From contig NC_042998.1 of NCBI RefSeq assembly GCF_006345805.1, positions 205,468,001 through 205,532,000 of the forward strand: a DNA stretch of 64,000 nucleotides, read 5' to 3'. Made by a program: the position numbers and the translations under genes. The stretch's first letter is position 1. Each line of letters begins with the position of its first letter. Shown here in pieces: positions 1-12,629 of the stretch. The notes below the pieces were generated by a model. It was not told the origin of the DNA and searched no databases. It saw only the letters and a program-made list of their open reading frames with translations. The DNA comes from Octopus sinensis. Its lineage: Eukaryota.

Positions 1-13
1 TATTATATATATT

Positions 14-270
14 CTTTTACTTGTTTCAGTCATTTGACTGCGGCCATGCTGGAGCACCACCTTTAGTCGAGCAACTCGACCCCCGGACTTATTCTTTGTA
101 AGCCTAGTACTTATTCTATCGGTCTCTTTTGCCGAACCACTTAGTTACGGAGGACGCAAACACACCAGCATCGGTTGTCAAGCGATTCTGGGGGGACAAA
201 CACAGACACACAAACAACACACACACACACCACACACACACACACATACACACACACACATATATATAAA
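14..270 (-). mobile_element. tRNA-derived SINE family A, 3' half with internal (CA)n/(TA)n tract
   Basis: TTTTACTTGTTTCAGTCATTTGACTGCGGCCATGCTGGAGCACC...GGGGACAAACACAGACAC recurs more than 8 times in the window; a sense-orientation copy lies at 21830-22228. Confidence 0.85.
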
Positions 271-657
271 TATACATAATGTATGTGTGCAGTGTATGGA
301 AATACATATGAATATATTTGTATATTTATGTACCTACACACACACACACACACACACACCACACACACACACACACACGTATGCTCCTTTCTCGTAATAG
401 ACAAAACATCAATGTGTGTGTCCCCATCCCTAAGTGACCCCCATAAGCCAGTACCGAACCCTTTATCATATTCCCTTTCTTATTCATGACTCCTCTCATT
501 TGTTATTATGAGAATGATTGCCAAAATCACGGCTGGATTTCTTCGACCCCATAATAAACGGGGACACACATTTATTGCTGCCCTTTAGGATCAAATCTCT
601 GGTAACACTCTGCCAAGTCCCATTTCGTTTGAAATTGTCTGGCAATTGTTTTAATAG

Positions 658-694
658 GTCTGTCTGTCTATCTTTCTGTCTGTCTATCTGTCTG

Positions 695-749
<55 letters not shown>

Positions 750-795
750 GTGTATCTATCTATCTATCTAGCATCTATCTGTTGTCTATCTATCT

Positions 796-854
<59 letters not shown>

Positions 855-965
855 GTATGTCTATCTCTCTATCTCTATATCTGTTTGTCTATCTAATCTA
901 TAATCTATCTATCTATCTATCTATCTATATATCTATCTATCTATCTATCAATCTATCTGTCTGTA

Positions 966-1011
<46 letters not shown>

Positions 1012-1096
1012 CATCTATCTGTCTGTCTGTCTGTCTGTCTGTATCTATCTGTCGTCTATCGTTTGTCTATCTATATATCTATCTATCTATCGTCTG

Positions 1097-1139
<43 letters not shown>

Positions 1140-1188
1140 GTCTGTCTGTCTGTCTATCTATCTGTCTGTCTATCTGTTTGTCTATCTG

Positions 1189-1269
<81 letters not shown>

Positions 1270-1316
1270 GTCTATCTATATATCTATCTATCTATATATC
1301 TATCTATCTATCTATC
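658..1316. repeat. (TCTA)n/(TCTG)n tetranucleotide microsatellite
   Basis: Directly visible; explains ORFs 518-1465 and 1063-1392. Confidence 0.97.
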
Positions 1317-2311
1317 ATTTTCTATCTCCATACATACACGTGTGTATGTCATATCTACATGCGTGTGTGTGCGTGTGTGTGTGTGTGTGTGAGTGTGTGT
1401 GTGTACGTTTGTGTGTGTGTACGTTTGTGGTGTGTATGTCTGCGTGTGTGTGCGCGCGCGATTAAATGAGTCTGCGTTGGTGCGTGTGTGTATGAAACGT
1501 TCGTACGTTTATATATTTACACATTGAACTAAAAGAACCACGTAAACGGGGTGGGAGTGAGTTTTGTTGCTTTTCTTCCTCTTCCTTTGACCCTACAACA
1601 ACAACAACAACAACCACAATAACTGTAAGTACAGAATTAAATAACTGGGAAGACTATTCGAGAAGGGCGGTGTCTTTCGGCGTTGTTTCAAAGAAAAGTG
1701 GGGGTAAGTGGAGACAGGGGTTGTTCAATTGTTAAGGTGGGCTTCCAAGGGAATAAGAAAAGAGCGTACAGGGAATGAACCCCAGTTAAAATGATTGTGG
1801 TAAGGCTAGTAGTGTGAGAACGGACAAGCATTCTAGCACATGTCGATGTAGTTAGGGGCGATGGAGACGGCAAAAAGGGGCCGGTTGTTTCGGGAAGTCA
1901 TAATGTAAGTTATAAGGGACAGAGAGAGAGAGAGAAAGAGACAGAAAGGGTGGGGGGAGAAGAAGAAGAAGAAGAAGAAGAAGAAGAAGAGGAAGAAAGA
2001 GAGAGGAAGCCAGCACGGTGATCGCAACTTGTATTTAAAAAGAAGCCTTCAATCAGCAGCCGAGCGCCTAATTTCCATTGCATTCCCCCTCCCTATCTCT
2101 CTCATACTGACACTCTCTTACCACCACTCAACCCACTCCTCCCCCACCTTCATCAAAATACTGGGGTGGAAGAAGCTACGGGCTTTCCTTTTTTGCGATG
2201 AAGGCAGAAACAGTTCTTTGAATTACCATTTCCTTATGAGCATCATTGAATATTGAGATGACCTTCAGCCGTATCCTTTGTTCCCCTTTCATCCTCCATT
2301 TGCCATTTATA

Positions 2312-2352
<41 letters not shown>

Positions 2353-2607
2353 AAGCGCATGTTTATATATCTCTTTTACTCTTTTACTTGTTTCAGTCAT
2401 TTGACTGCGGCCATGTTGGAGCACCGCTTTTAGTCGAGCAAACCGACCCTAGGACTTATTCTTTGTAAGCCTAGTACTTATTCTATTGGTCTGTTTTGCC
2501 GAATCGCTAAGTTACGGGGACGTAAACACACCAGCATCGGTTGTTAGGCGATGTTGGGGGGACAAACACAGACACAAAAACACACACACACACACCACAC
2601 AACACAC

Positions 2608-2670
<63 letters not shown>

Positions 2671-2677
<7 letters not shown>

Positions 2678-3209
2678 GTTGTATACTGTCAATGTAACAA
2701 GAACGTGACAGTAGGGGGTACACCACCGCTGTATAGCCCTAGGAAGCATCGAACGCCTCCTGATAGCTTTGACACATTTTTTCCCTGTGTCCTTATATAC
2801 ATATACGAAGGGGAGACAAACACCCCCGGCTGCCGAAACTGCATCTAGGGACACCGTGTTTCAGGATCGTTGTCCTTCATCGGCCTAGAGTAGCAGACAC
2901 CGGTCGGCCGGTGATATTTGCCTCGACTTCGTAATTCTATATTCAGTGAAGTTTATACACTGATTATCAAAATAAGAAATATTGAATTTCTAAATCTCTC
3001 GTGTCCTTATATACATATTCGTATATGTATATAAGGACACAGGGAAAAAATGTGTCAAAGTTATCAGGAGGCGTTCGATGCTTCCTAGGGCTATACAGCG
3101 GTGGTGTACCCCCTACTGTCACGTTCTTGTTACATTGACAGCATACAACCTTCTTCTATCGCCCCACCACCGTACATGTCTCTACGAGAGATTTAGAAAT
3201 TCGATATTT

Positions 3210-3212
<3 letters not shown>
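2671..3212 (-). mobile_element. Penelope-like fold-back element (nested inverted repeats) carrying a hammerhead motif
   Basis: Inverted arms 2671-2809/3018-3158, a second inverted pair about 2973-3001/3184-3212, (TA)n on both flanks, and a hammerhead motif inside. PLE assignment is inferred from this architecture. Confidence 0.65.
2844..2889 (-). ncRNA. Minimal type I hammerhead ribozyme motif (U4C core variant)
   Basis: Minus strand reads TCTAGG-CCGATGA-AGGA(CAACGA)TCCT-GAAAC(ACGGT)GTC-CCTAGA: 6-bp stem I, 4-bp stem II, GUC triplet. Confidence 0.75.
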
Positions 3213-3261
<49 letters not shown>

Positions 3262-3429
3262 CACGACGAGCTTCTTTTAGTTTCCGTCTACCACTCACAA
3301 GGCTTTGGTCGCTCGAAGCTATAGTAGAAGACACTTGCCCAAGGTGCCTCGCAGTAGGACCGAGCCCGAAACTATGTGGCTGGTAAGCAAGCTACTTACC
3401 ACACAGCCACGGTATGTGTGTGTGTGTGT

Positions 3430-3680
3430 GTTTCTGTTGTCTTTTACGTGTTTCAGCCATTTGACTGCGGCCATACTGGGGCATTGCCTTGAAGAATTTC
3501 AGTCAAATGAATCGACCCCAGTGTTTATTCTTTTCTCTTCAAAAACCTGGTATTTATTCTATTGGTTTATTTTGTCGAATCATTAAGTTATGGGACGCAA
3601 ACGCACCAACACCGGTTGTGAAACGGTAGTGGAGGACAAAACACAGACACAAAGCGACACACACACACACACACACTGAT
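3430..3680 (-). mobile_element. SINE family A, diverged 3' part
   Basis: TTTTACGTGTTTCAGCCATTTGACTGCGGCCATACTGGGGCA...GGACAAAACACAGACAC. Confidence 0.75.
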
Positions 3681-3994
3681 AAAAAGAGTTAATAAAGTAG
3701 GGAAATGAATTATATCGATCGAAATAGTAGAATATAAAGGACATTGTACACTTCGTATCTGTTGACCCCTATTTTCGAGACTACCAATTGCTATGAACTG
3801 ACATCCTTTTTGCTTTATATATCCAGAATGGTTTATACTCCAAGCCACCATATTCATTCATGTGTCTTGGCCCCTCGTCTTCACCCCTGTCTTCACCCCT
3901 CGTCTTGGCCCCTCGACTTGGCCCCTCTTCCTCGTTCTCTTTTAACTTTCACTTCATTTCTCCTTTTGCTGATATTATTCTCTATATTTCATAA

Positions 3995-4230
3995 GGCGGA
4001 GGGGAACTGGCAGAGTGGTTAGCACGCCGGGCGAAATGCTCAGCAGTATTTCGTCTGTCGTTACGTTCTGAGTTCAAATTCCGCCGAGGTTGACCCTGCC
4101 TTTCATCCTTTCCGGGTCGATAAATTAAGTACTAGTTACGCACTGGGGTCGATATAATCGACTTAATCCGTTTCTCTGTCCTTGTTTGTCCCCTCTGCGT
4201 TTAGCCCCTTGTGGGTAGTAAAAGAAATAA
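3995..4230 (+). mobile_element. tRNA-derived SINE family B, full length with 20-bp TSD
   Basis: A-box-like TGGCAGAGTGGTTAG, B-box-like GAGTTCAAATTCC, and central GCCTTTCATCCTTTCCGGGTCGATAAATTAAGTAC (resembles the Meta-SINE domain). Perfect TSD TTATTCTCTATATTTCATAA at 3975-3994 and 4231-4250. Confidence 0.92.
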
Positions 4231-4336
4231 TTATTCTCTATATTTCATAAACAATATCTGCACACTTTCTCTCATTCCTTAAAACTTACACTTTCTTTTT
4301 TCTCTCTATTATTACTACTTCTAGGTTATTATCTTC

Positions 4337-4375
<39 letters not shown>

Positions 4376-4878
4376 ATCATACATCATCACCACTCATAAT
4401 TTCCTTTTCATATCTTACAAAATCCCCCTTTCTTGGTCTTCCACACAGTTTGAAGTTTGAAGATGATTTTTTTTTGCATATGTCTACCGGAGATGAAAGA
4501 TTGATGGAACCATGATGTTCTGTCGATCTGAAGAGCAAGCCTTCTCTCCCGACACTGGTTTGTACTGTGCTATCTATAGCATACATGCCAGTGCGAACAG
4601 GTAAAACCATTTATGTCTGCATGATGTCGGCTGCAGAACCTGTGGCTATCAACCGAGGGGGAAATAAATATATTCAACCCCACCCGATCTTTTCTCTTCT
4701 TTATATTCTTTTTTCTCCTCGTGAAATAATTTTCAGTCATTGGATTTACTGGATTTCAACTGCACAGAACTCTACATTACAACCCTACGTATTTGTTTTC
4801 TATGTAGCAGGTAACCGGGTCCACTAACGAAGCTTTTTGGTGATGTCCACTGCGTTATATAAATTCAAGTATTGTATA

Positions 4879-5275
4879 TCTTTATATACAAAAGTGAAGT
4901 TGTGTGTCTGTCTCCTACGATTTAGATTCCTAACTACTCCCATTTTGCGGTGCAGTTTAACCAAAACCGGGTATCTTATAGTCGGGATTCATATCGAGCC
5001 CTTCTGGGTATTAGCGCGCGTCTACGATGAGTCTACGATTTAAAAAAAAAAAATTACCATCATTTTTTTCCATTTCAATGCATTTTTTCGCTATTATATA
5101 AGGGAAGTAACTCTCTAAAAATGTCTACGATGAGTCAACGATTTTTAAAAAAATTACCATCATTTTTTTCCATTTTTAATGCATTTTTTTTGCTATTTTT
5201 TGGCTATAACTCTCTAAAAATGCTTATATAGTTATTTCCCTTACAAACCCGAGCAACGCCGGGCGATACTGCTAG
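4879..5275 (+). mobile_element. Non-autonomous Helitron
   Basis: A|TCTTTATATACAAAA 5' end; 3' hairpin CCCGAGCAACGCCGGG then CTAG|T; internal tandem duplication (GTCTACGATGAGTC...AATTACCATCATTTTTTTCCAT twice); sister copy at 19387-19886. Confidence 0.85.
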
Positions 5276-5483
5276 TTATATATATATATATATATATATA
5301 CTTTCCCTTTTCTTCCTGGGAGAACAAAACATCAGAACACAGGACCTGGCGCCAGTCCTGCTTCTCCTCGGTTCAAAAATTTGAACAAAACTGACTCCAA
5401 ACACCGAACTCTCATTTGTCGTTCACGATAAGAGAATTCAACATCATCATCATCAACATCAACATCATACGTACATACATAGG

Positions 5484-5530
<47 letters not shown>

Positions 5531-6195
5531 CGCTTAGGAATGCAAAATATAAAATTCAATACCATACAAAATTTAACAATATAAGGTAAAACATAGAGGA
5601 TAAGAGATTAATAAGGCAAACATACCAAAATAAGAAATCAAAATAATAAGAATTTATAGAAAATAACAAGAAATATATACAAAGAGAGAAGGTTAAAATC
5701 AAAAGCAGGAAAAGATAAAGGTAACTTTAAAAGGGTAATTGGTATGGAAATAATGTGGACAGATTAATGTATTCATACCGAAATGGTTTTATAAATTACA
5801 ATATTACAGGTGCAATTGTATGTGTGATTGTATAGTTCTTAGGGGGTATAAGATTTAGTCAAGGGAGACTTACCATCACAAAATCATTACAAATATACTT
5901 AATATGACTGATAGAGTAGAAATTCATAGAAAGAAAGAATAGTGAAATCACCAAATAGGATGAAGTCAGACTAACTAGGCAGGGGTTAGCATAGGGTAAT
6001 ATTACATATAGTACATCACATAACATAATACATAGCATATAATATATGTAATGCAACACATTATACTGTATAATATAATATTCTGTATTCGAGGGTAAGT
6101 TATAAAGGATTCGACGTCCGAAGTTGGTAACATGAAATTCTTCCATCATCTTGCTCTATTAAAATATTTAAGAAAAATTATATTAATATAGCATT

Positions 6196-6227
6196 AAAGA
6201 CTCGTCGTTGCCGGGTCATAGTGCTAG
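6196..6227 (+). mobile_element. Helitron-like 3' terminus
   Basis: Imperfect hairpin ACTCGTCGTTGCCGGGT followed by GCTAG|T; 5' end not located. Confidence 0.45.
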
Positions 6228-6426
6228 TGCATGTATATATGTATATATATATATATATATGTGTACATATTACATGTACATCTATATATATACATATTTT
6301 GTGCAGCTTAAGATAGCGCTGTATTTAAATTGATGTAATGATCACCTTGTTCAATTAAATGGAGCCGCTTGAAACGTTCATACTGCGTTACCACTTAAAA
6401 TCCTGTTACTTATTTTGATATGTATA

Positions 6427-6497
<71 letters not shown>

Positions 6498-6498
<1 letters not shown>

Positions 6499-7601
6499 GT
6501 GTGGGTTCAGCTTGAGGACAGTTGGCTGCGACCTACTTTGGAATATATCCATTGTCCTGTCAGATTCAGGTGGATTGGTTGGTTCTGGGTAGACCTGCGA
6601 CCCCTTTCAGGTGAACTAAAGTTCGTTCTAAACACCCCTTAAAGAAGGAAGAATCTAGTGACAGTGAAGAAGAGGAAGAAGAAAGTAGTGAGGAAGACAG
6701 ATTAAGGAATCTGAGAGCTGTCATGAGAGATGACATAGATTAAGAGAGGATGAGAGGCAGAGGAAGACAGGCAGAGAGTGATTGCGACAGAGCTAGGAGA
6801 GATTGGGAGTAGTGACAGAGCAAGAGGTTTTGGGCAGTCGGTATTTGGAATTCAGGGCAAGCGGTTGGCAAGTTGGATTTAGCGGCCAGGATTTTGGAAT
6901 TCAAGGCAAGCGTTTAGCAAGTTGGAGTTAGCAGTACTGAGAGAGATGAGGTGCAATATGAGACACTGGCTATTCTAGTAGGAACTAAGGTACGTGAATT
7001 GAAGAAAAAGAAGGAAAAAGAATCGATGTAAAGAGACCGTTGAAAAGAAATGAGACAGTGAAAAGAGCAATGTGAACTGTGTAAAGACATTGTGTACAGA
7101 GTTGTGTTAAGGCAAAAGAGAACTGTGTAATGAACATTGAACTGTTAGGCCTTTAATGTCCTTTGAACTGTAACTTTAATGTGATTTGAAACAGAACTGT
7201 TGTCTCCGGACGTGTACTCTTGAAATGCTGTTGTTATTGAATTTGATGTGTTGTTACCGGACAGTTTAAATGCTTTGATCTGTGGTATACCTGTATGATG
7301 TATTGAGTTGATGTGTTGATTCTGTTACTTGCTTGTATTTACCTGATGTATCTTTAAATGTAATTGATGTTGTAACAATTGTAATAGTCATATAAACTAG
7401 TTGTTAACGTAGCCAATTGCCTTGCCTTCTTTGTGTCTCTCTCGATTGCCTCCGCTGTATCTTGCTGCTGCTGCTGTTGTTGTTGTTGTTGTCTGTCTCT
7501 CTCCTCTCCGAGTTTCCGTGGCGAACTTATTCGCTGATCGAACGGGCCTGTGTGAGGGATTCCGTAACAGCTTTCGTTCGACGGAGGTCCCCCCCGTAAC
7601 A
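6498..7601. mobile_element. Solo LTR (about 1.1 kb), probably Gypsy-type
   Basis: Begins TGTG and ends CCCCCCGTAACA (TG...CA termini); flanked by ATAT at 6494-6497 and 7602-7605 within a (TA)n tract; internal tandem duplicate of about 50 bp at 6843-6935; no internal ORF. Confidence 0.6.
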
Positions 7602-8494
7602 ATATATATAATTGATTTAGGAAGCAGAAGATGGAGTTGGTATTAGTCTTTATTCCGTACGACGATATATTTTACAGGAATCCAACTGTTTTTGGTTGCA
7701 CAAGTAAAACTGCCGTCAACTAAAAAGAAACAAGTGTCTACGTACTATACTTACAGTTGACACGTGATTGTATATAAATTGCACTGGCGTATACATATTA
7801 TATACACTGGCAACACCAAAATGCATAACAACTATTCTGTTACGGTTTTCTATAATAAAGAAAATATCTTAAAACGGACAATGTCCAGTAATATCTTCGT
7901 CATCAAGTTTCTTTTCTTTTTTTAATATATTTTCTTGAGTTTGAAATTATAAAGTTCTTAAACGCGTTATCAATATTTCTAGACCTTCACAGCCTCATCT
8001 TCAGGCTAAAGTGATCTTGGCGCAGCCCGAGGCCTCCGTTAGATCCCACGTGCAGCCTCGATAGAAAGTAAAATCGTTGCAACACATAAGTATAAGAGAT
8101 ACACTCGATCGTTTGCTCGTTTTAATGAACACATTGGAATATATGCCAGGTGTGTGGACAATCTACACACCAGAAAAGATCGAAAAATTGGAGGAAGACC
8201 CAGAAAATAGTTTGGTACACGAAATTCGACATCCATCACTTCACAAATGAAACCCCCAGCAATAAAACAACGCGTTTCTAGATGAAGTCGGGTAAAGTGC
8301 AAATATTTCATCCAGAATACTATAGACAGAAAACGATAGATTTCTCAAGTCCGGTTACACCAAAGATTGACATAAAAGGATGTAGTTCCACGGTGACATC
8401 GACTCTCCATACAAATACAAACTGTCAGTGGGGAGGTCACTACTTAGAGAAACATTTAAATTATACTCCACAAACGAACTAATACACTTTCATC

Positions 8495-8700
8495 GAGTAC
8501 AAAATTAAAACAATCTTCTAGTGAATTAAAATAATCAAGAAGCAAATTAAAAAAATCTCGAAGTAAATTAATAATCGCGAAGCAAATTAAAACGATTAAA
8601 ATAATGTTGAAGTCAATTAAAATAGCATCGAAGGAAACTGAAATAATCTTGAATCCAACTAAAATAATTTCGAATTGATATAATATGTTGATTAAAAATG
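8495..8700. repeat. Degenerate minisatellite with a unit of about 21 bp (AATTAAAATAATCTCGAAG-like)
   Basis: Periodic AATTAAAA...GAAG units, followed by GATTAGATGTTT-like units of about 12 bp to about 8810. Confidence 0.6.
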
Positions 8701-10121
8701 TCAAATTGTTTAATTAAATGTCTGATTAGATGTTTAATTAGATGACAGATAAGATCTTTGATGAATTGTTTAAGATGTTTAATCAGATGTCTGATTAAAT
8801 GCTTGTCTAAAATGTATCGTTTTCAATTAGACTCAAATTTATTCCTAAAGCTCTTCTTAAGACTGTAATGTTGTTTATCAAATCAGTCAAATGACCTCGG
8901 ATATTTTTGGGTGGGGGAGACGGTCCTTTAACTCCACCCCAATTCTCCTACACACCAACCTCTAACTATAATTATTTCATTAACATCACTTTTAGTGCAG
9001 TGGATTGTCAGAATCGACACAATAACATCCCGTTCTGAGTTCAAATCCTGCCAAGGCCTTCTCTCGATGAATATACATCAGTGGAATTCTTTGGTTTTTT
9101 TTCTTATCTTAGGTATCGGTGGTGATGGTCGTGGAGGTATTGGGGTGGGTGATGCTGCTGCTGCTGATGTTCGTGAACGTGTCAGTGGTGGCGGTGGTAG
9201 TAGTCCTGTTGTTAGTGGTAGCGGTTGTTGTGATGGTGGCGGTGGTGGTGGTGATGCACCATCACCGCCACCACTGACACACCCGTCCCCACCCTTCTAT
9301 TCAGATGTCTCATTTGTCATATGATTACTTCAATCAAACCGCACTCTGCCCCCCCCTCCCATTCTCTTCTATGTTACTCCTCCTCTTCCTACTCCCCTGT
9401 GACAGTGGGAAAGGGGAGGAAGTGGAAGGGGTTGCCTCCCTTGCTTTGTGTTTCCTTTTTTTCTTTTTCTTTTTATTTATTTATTTTTTTATGATTGTTC
9501 TGACCAGGTATCGTCGATTTGCGAGAAATAACAGCCACATCGCTCTCATTTTAAACATGACTGATATCGGAAAGGAAGGCCACTGCTTGAATGAAAGCAG
9601 GGATGGTCGAGATTGGAATATCACAACTGATCTAGGACTAGTACCACCACCTACGACTGACCTAGGGTTAAAACAAGGTCGACTAACCTGCTGGAAATGG
9701 CAGCCAAAATTCCCTCAACACACACGTGAAGGCTACATTGAACACTGATAAAATGATGGAATGGTCACGATTGGAAAGTCTGGTTGAAGACCAACCAGGG
9801 GCTAAACGACGACAGCTCCTTAAAAAGACCTTTCATTTATCTGGAAGGGTGAGGTGTGGGCGGCTGAGGGATACTCAACCGCTTCGTGGGCGGTGGGGGA
9901 CACTTTATTTGTTTTTGCTTTTATTCTTTATGTTGTTTTTACGGGCTTTTTCTTCTTTTTCTTTTTTTTTCACGCTGTTCTATTTGTGTTAGGGATCCCT
10001 CATGCAGACCCCTTTCTTTCTTTATTAAGGAGACGGTGACTGCTGTTTACATTCGGGTATGTCCCCCTTTTACGTCTAAAAAGACGATTTATTGCCTCAG
10101 TCTTACACCACACCTCCCCTC

Positions 10122-10124
<3 letters not shown>

Positions 10125-10158
<34 letters not shown>

Positions 10159-10366
10159 ACTCTGTCTGTCTGTCTCCTTCTCTCTCTCTCACTCTGTCTG
10201 TCTCTCTCTCTCACTTTCTCTCTCTCTCTCTTTCTCTCTCTCTCTCACTCTCTCTCTCTCTCTCTCAATCTTTATCTCTCTCTCTCTCTCACTCTTTCTC
10301 TCTCTCTCTCTCACCCTGTCTCTCTCTATCTCTCACTCTTTCTCTCTCTCTCTCTCTTTCACTCTG

Positions 10367-10425
<59 letters not shown>

Positions 10426-10459
10426 CTTCTCTCTCTCTCACTCTCTCTCTCTCTCTTTT

Positions 10460-10491
<32 letters not shown>

Positions 10492-10587
10492 AATCTTTAT
10501 CTCTCTCTCTCACTCTCTCTCTCTCTCCTCTCTCTCCTCTCTCTCTCTCAATCTTTATCTCTCTCTCAATCTTTATCTCTCTCTCTC

Positions 10588-10622
<35 letters not shown>

Positions 10623-10655
10623 CTCTCTCTCTCTCAATCTCTCTCTCTCTCTCCC
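10125..10655. repeat. (CT)n microsatellite with interspersed CAATCTTTAT/CACT variants
   Basis: Directly visible; explains ORFs 9886-10839 and 10092-10832. Confidence 0.97.
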
Positions 10656-11261
10656 TCCGAACCATTCCATTCTTTGCATTTCACACCACTCCAAGACAAC
10701 GGAGACAGCGAATGTGGGTGTGGTGGAGGTAGGGGTGGGGTGTATGTATGTATGTATAGATGGATGGAGGGAGGGAGGGAGGCACGGATGGATGGAGGTT
10801 GGTGTCCCGTTCGCAAAGAAGTGGGATTTTAGGCAATAAGTTTAATGACATCAATAATGGCTGGTTTCCATTCATCTCATTACCTCGATGACACGGAGCC
10901 TCCCAATCCCACCCTAGGGGAGGCAGTTAACACCCACACCCAGTGGTTAGTTCCCTTTTACCAGTGAAAATTACCAATCAGCTGTTGGTTCACACACACA
11001 CACACACACACATGCATTGTAACATATATGCACACTGACTGTAACACGCGGACACGTACGCATCCATACACAGATACACACACATACATATACATACATA
11101 CATACACACACACACACCAACACAGAACCAGCCAAAATTACCAATCAGCTGTTAGCTTCACACACACACACACCACACACACACACACAATCCAACAAAC
11201 ACACAAGGAAACACGTACACTCATACAGACGGCGGTAGATGTTACCTACGAACATTACCGA

Positions 11262-11302
<41 letters not shown>

Positions 11303-12124
11303 CAATGTTAGCAACCCAAACATATTTTTCAATTTTGATTTCTGCGAAACTCACCCCCACCCACTTCTACGCTTCTGTTCCGATTGCAGATCAATGATCG
11401 AACCTCTACATGGTCCCTCGATCTACAAGAAATAACAGTTTCATCGTTTGCAGATCTCACCTTCAAGTTACAGAATGACATTGGAGAAGGTGACTCGGGC
11501 TTCCCCACGCCAAAGCATAGAAGTTGCGGTAGGATCTCGTTTGAACATAGCTCTGATCTAGTGACCAGGAGAAACCTAGGGCTAAACAGAAACTCTGTGA
11601 CAATGCACCGGTTCCTTTTCTTGCCGAGGAGGGAGGAGAAAGGAGGGAGAGTGAGTGGAGATGATAAGAGGGCCGACAGAGGGCGCTAGAGTTGCGAGGA
11701 ATGTAGCCGCTGAAACAGGAAAAATTGGGGAAGAAAAGTTATATCAAATAAATATTATTTGTGGCTTTTATCGAGACGAAATAAACCCATAAGTGCCAGC
11801 CAGAAGCAAGTTCCATGTGGCACCATGTAGCACTGTAATAGGTGCCATGTAATAGCGAACGGGTATAGACACCCTCTTCTTGGCCCTCCTACTCGGGACC
11901 CAATGAAACTTCGACGGGGTGAGAAAAGGTTGCACCAGCACTTGTTTCAGTGGAATCTGAAGAGTACCTTGCACAACGTACCGTCCGATCCAGAAATCGA
12001 ACCCACGACCCTATACTCATAAGCCTAATAGCCTAATCACTTGGTCACGCGCGTTATAGTGTGTTTGAGTTTCTCTGAGAGCACGGGATAAGGTACACTT
12101 GGTTTACTTATCAGCTCTGAAGGG

Positions 12125-12331
12125 GGTGTATGTATGTATGTATGTGTGTCTGTGTGTCTGTGTGTGTGTATGTATGTATGTATGTATGTATGTATGTATG
12201 TGTGTGTGTATGTATGTATATGTGTGTGTGTATGTATGTATGTGTGTGTGTGCGTATGTATGTATGTATGTGTGTATGTATGTATGTATGTATGTATATG
12301 TGTGTGTATGTATGTATGTATGTGTGTGGTG

Positions 12332-12363
<32 letters not shown>

Positions 12364-12420
12364 GATGATGATGATGATGGTGATGCTGTTGATGATGATG
12401 ATGGTGAAGATGATGATGAT
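12125..12420. repeat. (TATG)n/(TG)n followed by (GAT)n microsatellites
   Basis: Directly visible. Confidence 0.95.
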
Positions 12421-12546
12421 GCCTGTGAATCTCAAAAGAAAAACCTCCCAGCTTCCATTGGTAAGAAAGAAGGGACGAAGTTGATAATTCATCAGAGTCG
12501 AGGTGAAATATTGATTTCTGCTTTAATTTTATTCTCGTCATTATTC

Positions 12547-12610
<64 letters not shown>

Positions 12611-12629
12611 TAATAATATAAAAGATGGG

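Larger units (their letters stand above)
2375..3412 (-). mobile_element. SINE family A, interrupted in its (TA)n tract by a fold-back element (2671-3212)
   Basis: The SINE 3' half is at 2375-2670 and the 5' half (...ACGAGCTTCTTTTAGTTTCCGTCTACC...CCACACAGCCAC) resumes at about 3260-3412; an uninterrupted copy is at 56810-57230. Confidence 0.85.

Noticed and set aside
518-1465. 315-aa ORF (and similar long ORFs at 9886-10839, 12037-12621, 16523-17480, 40082-40602, 48794-49227, 54927-55379)
   Set aside because: These are translations of microsatellites that lack stop codons in some frames, not genes.
3995-4090. tRNA gene
   Set aside because: The A/B-box-like region is the head of a multi-copy SINE with a TSD; no proper cloverleaf.
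7980-8020. CTGAAGA motif on the minus strand as a hammerhead
   Set aside because: No convincing stem II or GAAAC...GUH with a matching stem I.
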